64,000 bases of DNA from Klebsormidium nitens (lineage: Eukaryota; Plantae; Klebsormidiophyceae): the NCBI GenBank assembly GCA_000708835.1, contig DF236969.1, forward strand, positions 1 to 64,000, written 5' to 3'. The position numbers and the translations under genes were made by a program. Below are positions 46,581 through 59,395 of this stretch, one piece after another. The notes below the pieces were generated by a model. It was given only the letters and a program-made list of their open reading frames with translations. It searched no databases and was not told the DNA's origin. Every line of letters begins with the position of its first letter. Within the stretch, counting starts at the first letter, position 1.

Positions 46581-49503
46581 CTAAGCGGACGTGGCGTTAG
46601 TCGGCATTGAGACCAGGCCCTTGGGGTCGACGGAGACGTCGTAGGGCAGGTAGTAGTAAGCCTCGAAGACACCGCCGATCTCATCGTGGTGCATGACGCC
46701 TGCATGACGCGGGCAACTCGCAACGTCAGCTGTGAGTCGCCGGCTGAAGGGTCGTTTTCTTCAAACTCGACAGCTGCTGAGATTAACGAAGTTCTTTCGA
46801 ATTCTGGACAGAGAAGCTTTAGCTACAGTAATCTAATCAGAGCAGAGAATCCTCGTGACAGACATTCATAATCACCAGTGACCCTTTTACTTTGTAAACC
46901 AGCTTTCGATGTCAAGACATCTTCAAGAGCGCAGCCAAATGTGCTTGTAAAGGTAAAGTAAGCAGCAAGCCCATTCAGCCTGAAGTCGTGAAACTCGGTA
47001 AGTATTGTCGAGCCCTCGAAAAGAGCGATCCTGTCAGGCTCGCCCACTGGAGCACTTTCGAGCCTACTGGAGCACTTTCCGAGCGCCATAATTTGACATC
47101 AAAAAGGATGATCCATCACCTTACGTGTCCGCTTCGCAGGGGCAAGGATCCAACAACCGACGAAATCACCGGAATCCGGAAACGGAACAGCCCAAGCATT
47201 AAGTATGCAAGCAAGGTGTTGAAAATTGCAAAGGACAATCTTACCCTGCGCTCCAAAGTACTTGCCGCCCCCCCCCGTGATGACAAGGGTCTCCAGAGAA
47301 ATGGTGTCGCCCTCGCGGAAAGTGGAGATTTGCTGACAGGTGATGATGTCAGTCTCAATCGAGTTGGGTGTGGTTTCTTCGCCGATGAGGCCCGCGTCGA
47401 ACGCGAAGATGGAGTAGCAGATGTAGACGTACTGGAAAACACGACAGGGGAGGCGGTTAGCAGCTCTTCGAATCGGAAATGGAAAGGTTGCGTAGTGGGC
47501 TATTGGCATTTGGAGGAAGCCTGCGTGTGGCGGAAAGCTGAGCAAGGCTAGTGTTCAGTCTACCAGCAAATGCTTGTTTTGAGCTTCAGAATCGATGTTT
47601 GTACCCTGTGAAAATAAGTGGGAGGCGTTCAGAGTATCAAGTCCTTTGGAAATACAAGCCTTTTTCGAACGGTTCCTCTCCAAAGACACTCTTTCGAACA
47701 GCTTCTACGAAATAGAGCGAGATGCCCATGGCATGTCAGCTGGATCACGTAGGTGGTGCCCTAAGGCAGCGACCTCTCCGCGCGAATCCTTCTGTAAAGA
47801 AGTAGTACTTTTGTAATGGGAAGAGCTCCTAGTTTTTCCTCTGGAGGGACTTTTGGGGCCGAAAAAAGAGTTTTTGGATGTACAAGTGTAGAGGCCGTGC
47901 CGTAGCCAACATGCAGCCTCAAACCGAGCGCGCCGCTTGAACACCAGCGAAGTGCTTGAGAAGGAAGACTGACACTGGCAAAGAGGAGCCCGCACAGGCG
48001 GGGCGTATCACGCAGCCTTACTGGCAAGCGCATTCTGATACTGAAGTCGCTGCACTTCCAAGTCTCAGCACTCAAATGTGTGAGACTCACACAAGTTGCT
48101 TATGCTAAGAAAAAGCCAAGAGCGCAACTCACTCTGTCTGACCCGTCCCCAGCAGTTGACGTGAGGGTACACGTGCCGGCCTGGTAGCCGATCTTGTTGC
48201 CCTTGGTCATGTCGCTCATGTCAGCGTCATACAAGTCGTCATTGAACGTGTCGGTATCACCTGTTCAGGAAGGAGCCAGACAATGAACTTCTTTTGGCAT
48301 TCTGAAATGTGATGCACGCACAATACATGTGTGTTTTCGCCTTTTAGCTAGAGTCCTGCCCATTTTCGCCAACAAGGAGATGCGCCAGCTTTGCAGCTTT
48401 GATTTGGGATCGCCACAGCAGTCTTTACACTAACATTGCTGCCAGTCTTCAAGTGCAGAGCTCCGCTTATAAAGCTGGGCCCGCCGGTTACACCACAGAC
48501 AGTAGGCCACTCAGAAATACTTTTGGACGCAGAAAAGGGGACCTCAAAACAGCCCACAAGACTAAGAATCGAGATGTCGCATATGAAAGGTCCTATCTGA
48601 TCATAGCCTGGCTAATCTTGGATAGTGACAGTGTGGCTCACCGTTGCGGAGCTTGTCTGCGCTCCAGGTGGGGGTGTGGCGCGCCAGGCCATAGGTTTCG
48701 TTGTCCCTCCTCCAAAAAGTCAGCTTCTGGAGGGTTGGCTGAGCGTGAGCCTGCAAACGTTCAGCTTCACAATGCTTAACCGAGGTGGGACTTCATTGAA
48801 GCCCCATGATGTGGCCGATGTTGATGTCTCCGCCATTCAGCATTGCAAGAAATTTTCATCTGAAAGAAAAGCTGCATTATTATCTGGCACTGTGTAAAAG
48901 TACCAAGATGAGGCGATATCAAAGGTCTGATATTGGGGGGGTTTGCAGTGCTTAAAATGTCACGGGCTGGGAAAAGTGTAGAAGGCAAAGGAAGACAGCA
49001 GCATTTGCAGGTAGACCCTTGGAGGAGGTGCACATTTTGCTGGGGGCATCGAGCTGGTCCAATGTATAACATCCATGATGCGGATCAAGATTCCTCTTTA
49101 AGATTGTTGAAAGACAATCTACTCTACCAAACAACCATGGCACATCAGCAAACTCATCAATGCCTCTACCCCAGTATTAGTGCTTGGTCAACAAGAGCTG
49201 GAAAGCTCAGCATTGGGCTTCAGGCATTCAGAAAGAGCTCCACCAAGAATTTTTATTTTGGAGTCTGCCCTTGTAAGCTGACCGTACTGATGCGAGATTA
49301 TTGCCAGCTCAAATAAACGCAAGCAGGACTCCACATTTGCCCACCAAAGCTTCGCATTATAGGCTGATGCTCATTCAGAATTCAGAATGAGAGCAGAGGC
49401 AGCGCTGGCAGCGACACTCTGACGCCAAGAAGCTCACCCCAATCAAGCTGCACGCAAGGAGCAGGCCAGCCACCACCACGGAAACCTGCCTGGAGGCAGC
49501 CAT
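46581..49503 (-). CDS. Secreted AOC/dirigent-like barrel protein B, ~200 aa; 5 exons
   Basis: Exons 49503-49438, 48750-48642, 48260-48133, 47431-47245, 46699-46581 splice in frame. Signal peptide ending AHA-Q; NGDTDTFNDDLYD...NKIGYQAGTCTL; YICYSIFAF; LVITGGGGKYFGAQG. Motif order parallels AOC (GDLVPFTNKLY..GITAGLC..AITGG.G.FEGAYG). Confidence 0.8.
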
Positions 49504-50148
49504 GATCAAAGTCACGCGCCTGGTGAGCTGAGAAAGTTGGTAGCAGCTTGAGTTTTTGAGCAAGAGAGTTGAGCAGCGCGGAATTCTGTACGCAAATGCG
49601 AAACTAGAGGTCAGCTGGCTACAGGGCCCTTTTACCAGTTTTATATGCGAGCAACTTCACCTTTGGCTTGGATTCGTTCTTGGATGACCTCTAGCCAAAC
49701 AGGAGCCGGAGTCAAGCTGGTGTGATCAATATTGAATACAAGTTTCAAGCAGAGCTAGGTTCCAAGGGGGTGGTAAGCTTAAGTACTAGCATTTAATTTA
49801 GCTCTGGCGTGACTGGCACTCAACGGGGTCGACATGAACACCTTGACAAGTACGGCTGGCTAAAGGCCAACACAGTTTCGTCCGCGTTTCGTCATCTACC
49901 CCTGCTTTCTTTCTCATGCAGGTGCGCGGCGCGCCAAGTGCGGAAACGGGACTCGGACACCAGCGCAGCAAACTCCATAAAGTATCCTCACGCAAACTCG
50001 AAATTTGAGACTCGACGTACTGGTAAGTGGACACGGCAGTTCGGGCATATCCAGTCAGGATATCCCCGTGAAATGTTTGAAGTTCTCTCTACCTGCAGCC
50101 CGCCGCTTCCGCCCCGGCTTTCCATCCCGATCGATGTAGGTATTAGGT

Positions 50149-50307
50149 AGTGAACTGTGAACAGTAACAGCCAGTGAACAGTAACGGAGACGGGTAGGGT
50201 TGGTTAGGGGGTTAGGGTGGGTACGGGTGCGGAGCGGGTGTTTCCTTAGGTAAGGGTTTTTAGTAACCCCAAAATGCTTGCTGTTCACTGGGCTTGCTGT
50301 TCACTGG
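50149..50307. mobile_element. Small inverted-repeat element with G-rich telomere-like core, copy 1
   Basis: Arms of doubled CCAGTGAACAG(T/C)AA units in inverted orientation (50158-50185 / 50276-50307) around GGGTAGGGTTGGTTAGGGGGTTAGGGTGGGTACGGG. Confidence 0.7.
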
Positions 50308-50444
50308 ATCGAGAAATACCTTCTTTCCGGTCACAGAGCTCAGCCTCCACTATTTAATTACGTTAGTGCACTGGTAGTCTGGTAACCAGTGGTAAGGCGT
50401 CTTATAATTAAAACTGCATGCTACATGCAAGTGTGCAGATTTTC

Positions 50445-50790
50445 AAAGTACCGTACGGCTACAAGTTGTTACGGCTAGCTGCGCCCGAAATCATCGGAGT
50501 TCGTACAGGAGTCGTACTTAAAGCCGCGCGGTAACGGGTCTACTGGTCGGATCTGGGGGCGCTATCATACGCCGGCGGCAGGCCCTGCCGCTCCGACGTC
50601 AGTACTCAGTACCGCCGGTAGTACGAGGTACACGGTACAGCAATTATCGTATTTAATGCGCCCGGGCCCCAGGGTTGACAGCACTGCAGCAGCCGCCAGC
50701 TCCAGACCCGAGGGAGCACGTGTCCATGTACTTACGGTAGTCCTAGAGTACGTACTTACCACTACTAGTACGGAACGTACGGTAGTACGG
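50445..50790. promoter_or_regulatory. GTAC-dense patch ~1 kb upstream of gene B (candidate SBP/SPL site cluster or degenerate simple repeat)
   Basis: 15 GTAC counted in ~340 bp against ~1-2 expected by chance. Confidence 0.35.
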
Positions 50791-51809
50791 TCTCGTTTTG
50801 CCAATTTTGGCTGTCCTTCAGCTGTACCTTCACAACCGTCCAAAGCTTCCAAGTCTGGGGTCTGACCCTGACGTGCCAGCTTTCTGTCTTCACGTCATCC
50901 TACTCGTCACTGGATAAGTACGTAAATTACCAGTAATGTGCCGGATGCGCATGGCAGTAAATTGATAATTGAGCCATGCATGTGTTCGTGTTACTGAGCC
51001 TGAGATGACCCGGCCGAATTAATGCTAGAATTTGCTACATTGAATTTATTCATCATCATCATCCAGGCCGTGAACTCCTCTGTCCGCTGGTACTGGCAAA
51101 TATCAAGAGGGGATCCCACCGTCCACCCTTCGTGTAGCAGCAGACGTCACCGGACTCCGGATCTAGATCGATCATACCTTTTAGCAAAGAATTAAATCAG
51201 CGTTATCCGTCCGCATTGCGCAGGCGCCTGGCTGGCGGCGAAATGGCACGTCTGCAATCCCAACTGGAAGCCGTTTTTGAGTAGTCAGGATTAACAATGA
51301 ATGTTATTCAGGAATATGTCAAATCCAGCTATATATCTTAGGATTTTTTTTCGTCTCCCAATAGGATGCGGTGACCGTGGCTCACTGAGGGTGAGCTACA
51401 ACCGATTCTAGAGGTATTGTGACAGAAGAAGAACGGCCCAGGGCAGGGCTTCTCCCAAGCTACTCGCGGACGCATCGAGCTATCGTATTGTTTGGAGGCG
51501 CTCCCCTCGTTCTTCCTGGCTCCAGTCTTGGGCCTCCGTCAAACTCATTTTCCAAAAGAGTGTACACCGGGTACAATCAAAGCGCCCGGTGGAAAGTCCT
51601 CAACAACCGCGGCGCACGCCGAACATTAGCAGCGGGAAAGGCCCGTGGGCCGCGCACAACATATCGGCCTTTACTGGAATGACGGCTCGCCGGCGTGCGG
51701 CAGAGGGGAAGACGAGAGCGGCTTCATATAACTTGGCGACGTCACGCCTCCGGGGTTGCGCAGCTTCGCAACGGCCGCCTCGGCTTCGGCGACAGGACGT
51801 GCCGTGCCT

Positions 51810-52500
51810 CGTTCCGTTGTTGCGCACCGTGGCCGTTCCGCTACGTCGGTTTCGCTTCTGTTCCGCCGCGGGTGGTCGAGCTCCGGCTTTCTTTCAAGTC
51901 AGCGCTCCACGGGCCAAGTCGTTCCGCGGTTGGGTGCGCCGGCGCCACCGCTTCGTTCCGTTCCGCTGCTGAGCCCGGATGGGCTGCCGGGGGCCCCGTT
52001 CGGCCGTTCCGCTCGACGCCCAGCCGAGTCCTTCCGTTGGGCGCGCCTTGGGCGGCACCTTTCCCAATCTTTGAAAACGCCCGTCCATCAATTCAAACGC
52101 TCACTGATTAAGCAGCAAATCCAGTCACTTCGTGTACAGCGTCGATAGAGAAGAAGCCAGAGATTCGTTCCGCTCTCTCGCGCTCTGGTTCCGTTGCGCT
52201 CGTGTGCGCCTCGGCTTACTAGCTTCCAAGCATCTCACGAACTTCGAACTTCGAACTTCGATCATTTACAATGACCTGCGGTTCGCAACCAGATCAATCC
52301 GCTCGCTCGCAATTCGCGGTTCCGACAGCTTGTTGGTGGCGTACGTCAAGCCCCTGTTTCCGCAGCACCACCCCACGACTGTTCCGCTGCTGGGTGGCCC
52401 GCTTCCGCTGTGCAGCACGGGTGCAGACCCCCTTCTCTTGTGGTGTTTCGCGGCCAGGCCCGTTCAGCTCCGTTCCGCTGTGCCGGGCGCTCCCGTTCCG
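51810..52500 (+). repeat. Dispersed same-strand GTTCCG motif array
   Basis: 13 GTTCCG counted at 51811, 51835, 51860, 51921, 51955, 51960, 52006, 52167, 52188, 52319, 52381, 52472 and 52495. Confidence 0.8.
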
Positions 52501-53904
52501 TTCTACTGGTGCTCACCAGAGCCCATTGCAAAGTGACCCGGCTGAGCCGTTCATCCACGCGTTCATCAGAGTCTCGTTCGACTTTCTTATAGGGGGCGTC
52601 TGCACTCGCAAGGGCATTTAAAATCGGACGGCAAAAACGCGCGAGTTGATCTATCGGACGATGCGCACTTTGTTAGTGTGCCGTCGTCACGCTTCAGCGC
52701 TGCCGCCGGCGTGACGCCTACGCCCAGTTTAAGATCTTCACCTTCTGCTCGAGGTGTGCGCAGAAACAACTCTGAGAACGATGGAACGACCTTGCCGTCA
52801 CGGCCAGCAACGAGCAAGGCTGGGTTGGAAGTGAAAGCACTGAGCCTCGTGGTGACGTAGGCTTGTGACGCAAGCGCCAGATAGATCGTGAGGTAGGACC
52901 AATTGCTTGACGTCGCTTGCAGAAAGTAGACACAAGGACAGTAAGGAGCACAATAGTATGACGTATTGGACCTTCGATATGCAGCATTTGAAGTACCGAT
53001 TGCTTCTCGACGAAGCGCGCTTGAATGGAGCGATTGCCGTCCTTCAGATCCACTTTGCATTAGATTCAGAGCTGATGCAGATCTGGATCGGAACTGATTG
53101 AGACCAGATTACCACATCCAAATCTGGTCCGATAGTGTTTGATTCTGAAGAAGGATTCATTCGAGATGAGTCCAAACGGAGTCCGAATCCAGTGGGCTGA
53201 ATCAGGTCCGAAGCAACACCGCCACATGTCTGGCCCGGTCCGACACGTGTCCGAATCGACCCGAACTTGTACGGTTCAAACAGGATCTGAAGTGCACTTC
53301 GCTTTGGATCTGCTTCGGACCTTATTCGGACAACGACTTTCCCGCCGGCGCGCGCGCATTTAAGCGTACGCCTTTGATGACCGTTCTTGTCAAGTGTCAC
53401 GGCCGGCTGCCTGATGAGTACGTACTGTAAGGACCAAGGCTCATCAGGAATGCAGATTGCAGTCAGATGTAGAAGACCAGTCCCCCTCTGGCCGCCCATC
53501 TTCGAAGCGCTTCGTATTGGTACCGAGCCGCCGTGTCCGTCAGCTTCGAGAAAAACAATTTCGAGATGAAGCAGCTGGGGTCCTCCGAGTTGTCCGGCTC
53601 CCTCGCTTCGTGTGCGTCCGCCACCTGGCCTATAAAAATCCTATCATGGCGTTACTACACCTGGAATAAGCACGTCTCGCCTCTCAGCGATGGAAGCAGC
53701 CACACTTTGAATGACCGTTCAGTTGAGAATAATGCAGGAACGCCCCACGACTGTAAGCTTGAAAAGTAAACGGCAAAGAATGAAGGAGCCAGGTGTTTGA
53801 ATCTTGTTCAAGCAGATCGGATTCCAGGACCGTTGGAACCGGTAGGAAATTTAGCCTGCAGTAGGGAGGAAGCGCAGAGTTGAGGGCCTCCCGGTTGTCC
53901 ATTC

Positions 53905-54238
53905 ACCGGGCTCAGGTAAGCGGACGGCCTGGTTCAGAAACTTAGCTCGGGGGGGGGCGCGCGCAGAGCGGTGAGGGTTCTACCCGGTGACACGTTTACC
54001 AGGGATGGGTTTGCAAACGGCGGGGCGCAGAAAGTGCTTGGGGGGGGCGGGACGCGGAACGGTGACGGTCTGCCCGGTAGTCCGTTCACCGAGCAGGGCT
54101 TTGCGGACGGGGGGAGCAAGAATCAGCTCGGGAGGGGCGGTGCGGAACGGTGAGGGTGTGCCCGGTGGTCCGTTCACCGGGGAGGGGTTTGCAAACGGCG
54201 GAGAGCAGAAGTTAGCTCGGGAGAGGGGGGGCGTACCA
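53905..54238. repeat. ~90-bp GC-rich tandem repeat, ~3.5 copies
   Basis: Units starting GGTGA(G/C)GG at ~53970, 54061 and 54150 share CCCGGT..(C/A)CGTT(C/T)ACC..GG.TTTGC..ACGG.GG; partial unit before. Confidence 0.85.
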
Positions 54239-54329
54239 CCTCTAGAATACAAAGAAAAGACGCAGCCGTTTGTCAAGCCCCACGCAGACCATTCTCCCGG
54301 ACGCGCAGTTGTCGACTGATCGAAGTCCA

Positions 54330-55340
54330 ACTGGGCTCGTTCTATTGCTATCAAATCTGCATCTGGATTCCCGTTTCGTTTGTAATTTCCGTTACTGAGG
54401 CGCGCCAGAATAACATCCTCCTCGCGACGGTGCATTTTTAGCTTCCTTTACGGCTTTCCTCTATCCATTCCGTCCGCTGCTGTTCTGCTTCCGGTTTGCT
54501 TCTGCTCGGCGGCCTCGTTGCGCTTCTTAGCGTCTTTGTCATTTTCCAACTGTGCGTCCGACCCTTTCAACTCCACCTTTGATTCGTCTCCGAACCTTTC
54601 CTTTCTGGCTTCTCCGCGCGTGCTCAAATCGCGGGCTCGAATCGACCTCTCGTCTTCGATTAGACTGTTCTACTTTCTTATTGAACCAAAGTGGGGCTCC
54701 GCTTGGTCCACTTCAAGACAATGTCCGATCGGCAGTTGACCGCAACCAGTTCAAAGCAGGTCTTGGCTATTAAACGTCGTCCACGTGTGCACTTCTTCTG
54801 GCCCACTCACTGCTTTTCGTTCCGTTTCCGTGCTACTCCGGGGCTGTTACGCCTAACGGGTGAACCGCGTCCCCCGATTCTGCTCCCGTGGTTTGTTAGT
54901 GCGCTCCCTAATTTCATCCTTCCTCGATGTGCGACTTTATCCAATTTTCCAAACTTCATTTTTCGCCCTGGCGGCGCGGCACAGACATGCTCGGGTAAAG
55001 CTTTGAAAACATCGGACTAGGACTTCGTCAAAGGGCCTGGTTCTCCACTTTGGTGCACCTGATTCGGAGCTCAGATGCGGCTGCAGAAACGAGTCTCTTG
55101 TCACGAGCAAATCCCGAGCAAATCCGCCGGCCTGTATCTTCAGCTTCCAAGGGACTCGTCATTCGAAAACTTGTGAAGTCTGCTCCAGGTCATCGGTTCC
55201 GGGGTCCGAGCCGCCGTCCTGGGGCCGAAGCTGGGCGGGCACCGCGCGCGCGTCGATGCGGCACTCACGAAGACCGACTCGGACTGCCGAGACGTCCCCA
55301 TCCCGTCCAAGTACACCATATTTTAAGCAATGGCTCTGCT
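54330..55340 (-). pseudogene. Possible degraded transposon ORF (Harbinger Myb/NAM-associated-like)
   Basis: Broken frames give GAPKW (~55050), a charged stretch ENDKDAKKRNEAAEQKQ, QQRTEWIEESRK and KMHRREEDVILARLS; stops and frameshifts are present. Resemblance is weak and from memory. Confidence 0.25.
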
Positions 55341-56556
55341 CAGTGGGCGAGCTTCCAGTCCACTGGGGATGGTCATTGATGGGCCGCGCGCGCTCCTGAG
55401 TCGCAACTCTAGCGAAACGCCGCAAGATTGCACCACAGAAGTAGGCCGCTGTGGTTGATAAGAGGTCGATGGAAGCTGTTGGCGAGATAAATAGGCCGGC
55501 CGTCTCCTGGTAAAAAGCCAGTCTCTTATTCGACTCGTACTCCGGGGTAGCTAGTATTGGCAGAATTTCCTGTAGCATTCATTGCAGTCTAGTAGATCGT
55601 TCTGACCAAATTGACGGACATCGTAAACGAAAAAACAACCACGACCGACAAACAATACCAGCCGTGATAGCATCAAAGCTTGCCCCGAATCTATGAAGCG
55701 AGCATAAGGTTATTTCGACCTTTATTGCTTCCTTTCGAGATAATTTCAGCCTTAAATATTCAGTTTTCAGGTCTGAAACGGCCTTAAACCGAAAGATATA
55801 TATGTTTAAGACCAGACCGATTCGAATTGCATGCCTATCCCGGTCTGATTTAAAAGCAAAGCGGTTCCGCTGCCCACTCCGTTCAATGTTAAACCCGGGT
55901 CTGAATCATAGTCGATGCGGGCCGGGGCAGCCCGTTTCACCATCAACATCTTGTGTGCTAGCGCTTTCAGCTGTTCTTGCATACGATGAACCATCACGAC
56001 TTGCTTCATGTGCGGGCAATCATTCATATGAGCATGAGAGAACCGGTTGAATCATCATCGTCACTTACTTAGCATCAGCTACGAAGGCCTGCCTGTGATC
56101 TGCCTCAAAGCATAAGCCTCGACTCTTAAATTCGCACTCAACATTGATATTCGACGCGTCATATGAGCTTCTCGTAGGTTTCAAATTGCTTGTCTCGTAT
56201 CCGCTAATGGCCCGGCAATAATAAGGTCCTTTGCTATTTCAGGATCCGAAACAACACCTCAGTCCATGCTAGTTTTCTCGGCTTCCACCTGTTCTAAGTC
56301 CACTGAGATCGAAACATTCTCAGATCAGGTAGCTCCTCCTTGTGAGTTCAAGATCACGCTAAGTGCCGTTACCCGTTCGAGACCGGAGTGTGTTGAACCA
56401 GGGCTCTATACGATAACGGGCTTGAACCCTTCGCGTTGAAGTACTTGGCCTAAGATATGGTCTTAAACCCGGGTCTGCTTTATTATAATATGCTACAGAA
56501 ATGACCTAGAAATCAACGAGTACAGTAGTCTAAGATTGACGACCTACTTGCTCAAA

Positions 56557-57481
56557 TCAACAGAGGGACACCGAGAAGTAGACCTCGCCGTTGACGGAGA
56601 CGTTTGCATAAGGGCTCGTCACGTATGTGATCTGCCCGGTTGCGCCGGAGAAGTAGCCGCTGCCGCCGAGGATCGCATCTGGAGGCTGGGGCAGCGCGGT
56701 GAAGCCGTCGATTACTGCAAACAGGGTTTGTGAGGAGGTTTTGATGGGTTTTTCATGGGTTTAATATTGGGTTTGTGATTACGTACGACGACCCTAGTCC
56801 TGACGGGGTTGATGACGGGTTTGTGAGGAGTTTGCTGAGCTTCATTTGAAATCGCAAGGTTGCTACGGCTGTGAGTAGGTAGAGACGCTTGAAGAAAAAG
56901 TAGAGATTCTTCGACTCGATGTCGAGCTATTCTAAGTTGTTGCTAAACATAACCGGCTCAAGCTGGCCCCAAGTGCTCTTCTCTTACCGTCCCCGAAAAC
57001 CGATTTGCAGAGGAATGACCAAGAGAAGGAAGCCTCCAAGTTTTGGACTGCATGGCGCTGTTAGCAAGCTTCTGATTGTGGCCACCAAACACTCAAAAAG
57101 GTTGGTCGAAGCAAAGAGCATGCAGAGATTGTCTGCAAACCACGTTTCAGCGGAATCACAACAAGACGTCACTCACGCTGGAACGCGAGGGTGCTCTTCT
57201 CATACTGCCCGGCGAAGAACACGAACGTCTCGTGGCAGAAGAGCGCAAAGTTGGTCTCGTTTGCGGGGACGGGCGCCTGGACGACGGTGCAGTGCCCGGC
57301 GCCATAAGCGACGAGCGTCCGGTTTCCGTCAGGGCCCGGGTCTGTGATGTTGGTGATATCGAATATGTCGTTGTTATAAGCTATGTAGTCGCCCAGCTGG
57401 ACCAGGCTGCTGCTGGTGTTGAGGTGGTTCGGGTACGACGTGTGGCGGGGGGTGCGGCTCGCGGACAGCGTCTCGATCAGC
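56557..57481 (-). CDS. AOC/dirigent-like barrel protein C (last two exons; upstream exons not resolved)
   Basis: Exons 57481-57177 and 56714-56557 splice in frame: LIETLS...QLGDYIAYNNDIFD...LVAYGAGHCTVV...LFCHETFVFFAG...DAILGGSGYFSGATGQITY...SLC*; five N-x-S/T sequons. Confidence 0.75.
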
Positions 57482-59227
57482 CTGGGACGGGAAGCGAGGA
57501 AATGTCAAGCGAGGAAACAAATGTGGCAAGGGAATCCCAGCCATTTGGTTTTCTGAAAAGAATGCAAGCAATCTGAATTCTTCAACAGATATATTGACTG
57601 ACCTCAGTACTCTTTGGAAGCACTGCAGGCAGCTCCGTCTGCGACTACAGTCTTTCTTCCTGAGTAACAACGAGAAGCTTTTTGCTTCTCATTCTGAATC
57701 GTGGGGATACACCATGGAGAAATCTTTTGAGTAGAAAATATGGGCTTCGCATCTTCTTTCGAGAATAGACTCACGTCAGAACTGCCTGTGGCTTGCATGG
57801 CCCCAATGCCTGTGCGCACGCCAGGAAAGAAGCTAATATGACCAAAGTGGTCAGGCACACCAGATGGGCTTGAGAGCGCGCCATCCAGAGGACCAAAGAG
57901 ATCTGCAGATGAGGTTGAGTGGCAGGTCAGATATGACATTCCAGACTGCTCTTCCGCAGTGCGGCCTTGGAAAGAAGGACTTCAACCTAGCCTACACAGG
58001 TCTGGATCCTGTCGTTTTGCTGGGAGATCAGATGAAGAACAAGGAATAGTGCAGCACAGGCTTCTTTTCACTGTGCATGGCCAGTCTATATTGGTAAAAC
58101 TGGCACAGATCGCGGCACGGTTTGAATCTTTGAATGCTTTTTTGGGGGGCCATCTAGAATTTCTTCTGAAGAAGCCCAGATTATTATTTTACTGCATATG
58201 CACTAGGAACGATGACAAGATTTCTGATCATACCGCCTGGCATTTATTCAAAGGCCTTTGCAATAGGATGAGTTCAGGTCTGCATTGCAAGCCATCAATA
58301 TCCGACTCCCCAATGTAGAATATGCATGCACGCGAGATGCAGGTTATGACTATCAGCTTGCTTGCTCATCAGCTAGCTGACAAGCCTGCCCTTGGGAGGC
58401 TTGCACAGTTTGCTGCTGCTAATGCAAAGGTCAACAATTGAGGAACTTGATTACATTCTGGACACAAAAAGATCCTTAGTAGTGCAACTGTGACACTAGA
58501 GGGCAGTTAATAGGACATTTCCGGGCCAATAGATTCGTAAATAATCTTTCTTGTTCCACTGAGGAGCTACACTAGACGTTTTATAAAGCACCATTCAGAA
58601 TGATGCAGCTTTCTAGACAGAGCTTGACTGATGGTAGTTCTTTCTGACTTGATATCGGGAGACGCAACACGACGCAAAGAAAATGCCACAGAACGCCTTT
58701 CACATGTTAGTCGATCGCCCTTCCGGCGATCCCCTTAATAAACCTTTCGGCCAATCACCAAATCCCCGTCATCAGCTCACCCACTGTGTCGAAGGAGCAC
58801 GTATATAACCTAATCAAGAGGCTTGGGCAGAACACGTATCAAAAAGTCCCAAATAAAAAGGGTCTCAGTCCTTGCTCTCGTTCAAAAGGGATTCACCTGA
58901 TTCCCGCTTCTTGTGGCGCGATGGTGGTGGGGTTCCTTTGACCTTGTTGCTGTAGCTGAGCAGTGCGTTGTTTCTTCTCAGTCTTTCTTCCGAGTTTGTT
59001 TGAATCAAAGGAGAGGCCAGAATTCTGAAGGCTTCTTAGCAGTGGCAATGGCGTGACTACGGTAGGTATCCTAGAAGCGGCAGCTGTGTGCAGTATCACA
59101 CACAGTAATAGGCTTCGAAGAGCGACGGGAGAGCGACACTGCTTCCCCCATTTATCAAGTCGAGGAGGGTGGCGAGTGAGTTGTAGGACCAGCTTATACC
59201 GGTCATTATCGGCCGTGCAGGCTACTA

Positions 59228-59395
59228 CCGGTACGTACCCAACCTTATAGGTTATGAGACCAGGACTCTGCCGCCGTGCGGCGCGCCGGTACTAACTGCA
59301 TAACTGCCTAGGTAGTACTGAGCAGTGAGTACTAATGTAGGTAGTACGGTACCACTGAGTACTGCTGCAGATGGTACGGTTACCGGTAGGTACTA
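59228..59395. promoter_or_regulatory. GTAC-dense patch between divergent genes C and D
   Basis: 10 GTAC in ~165 bp; a further 12 in 60317-60803 and 6 in 61171-61313. Confidence 0.35.

Noticed and set aside
46988-47551. 187-aa plus-strand ORF (similarly 22394-22749 and 32639-33216)
   Set aside because: Antisense shadows of GC-rich coding exons of gene B, the FSP1-like gene and EF-G.
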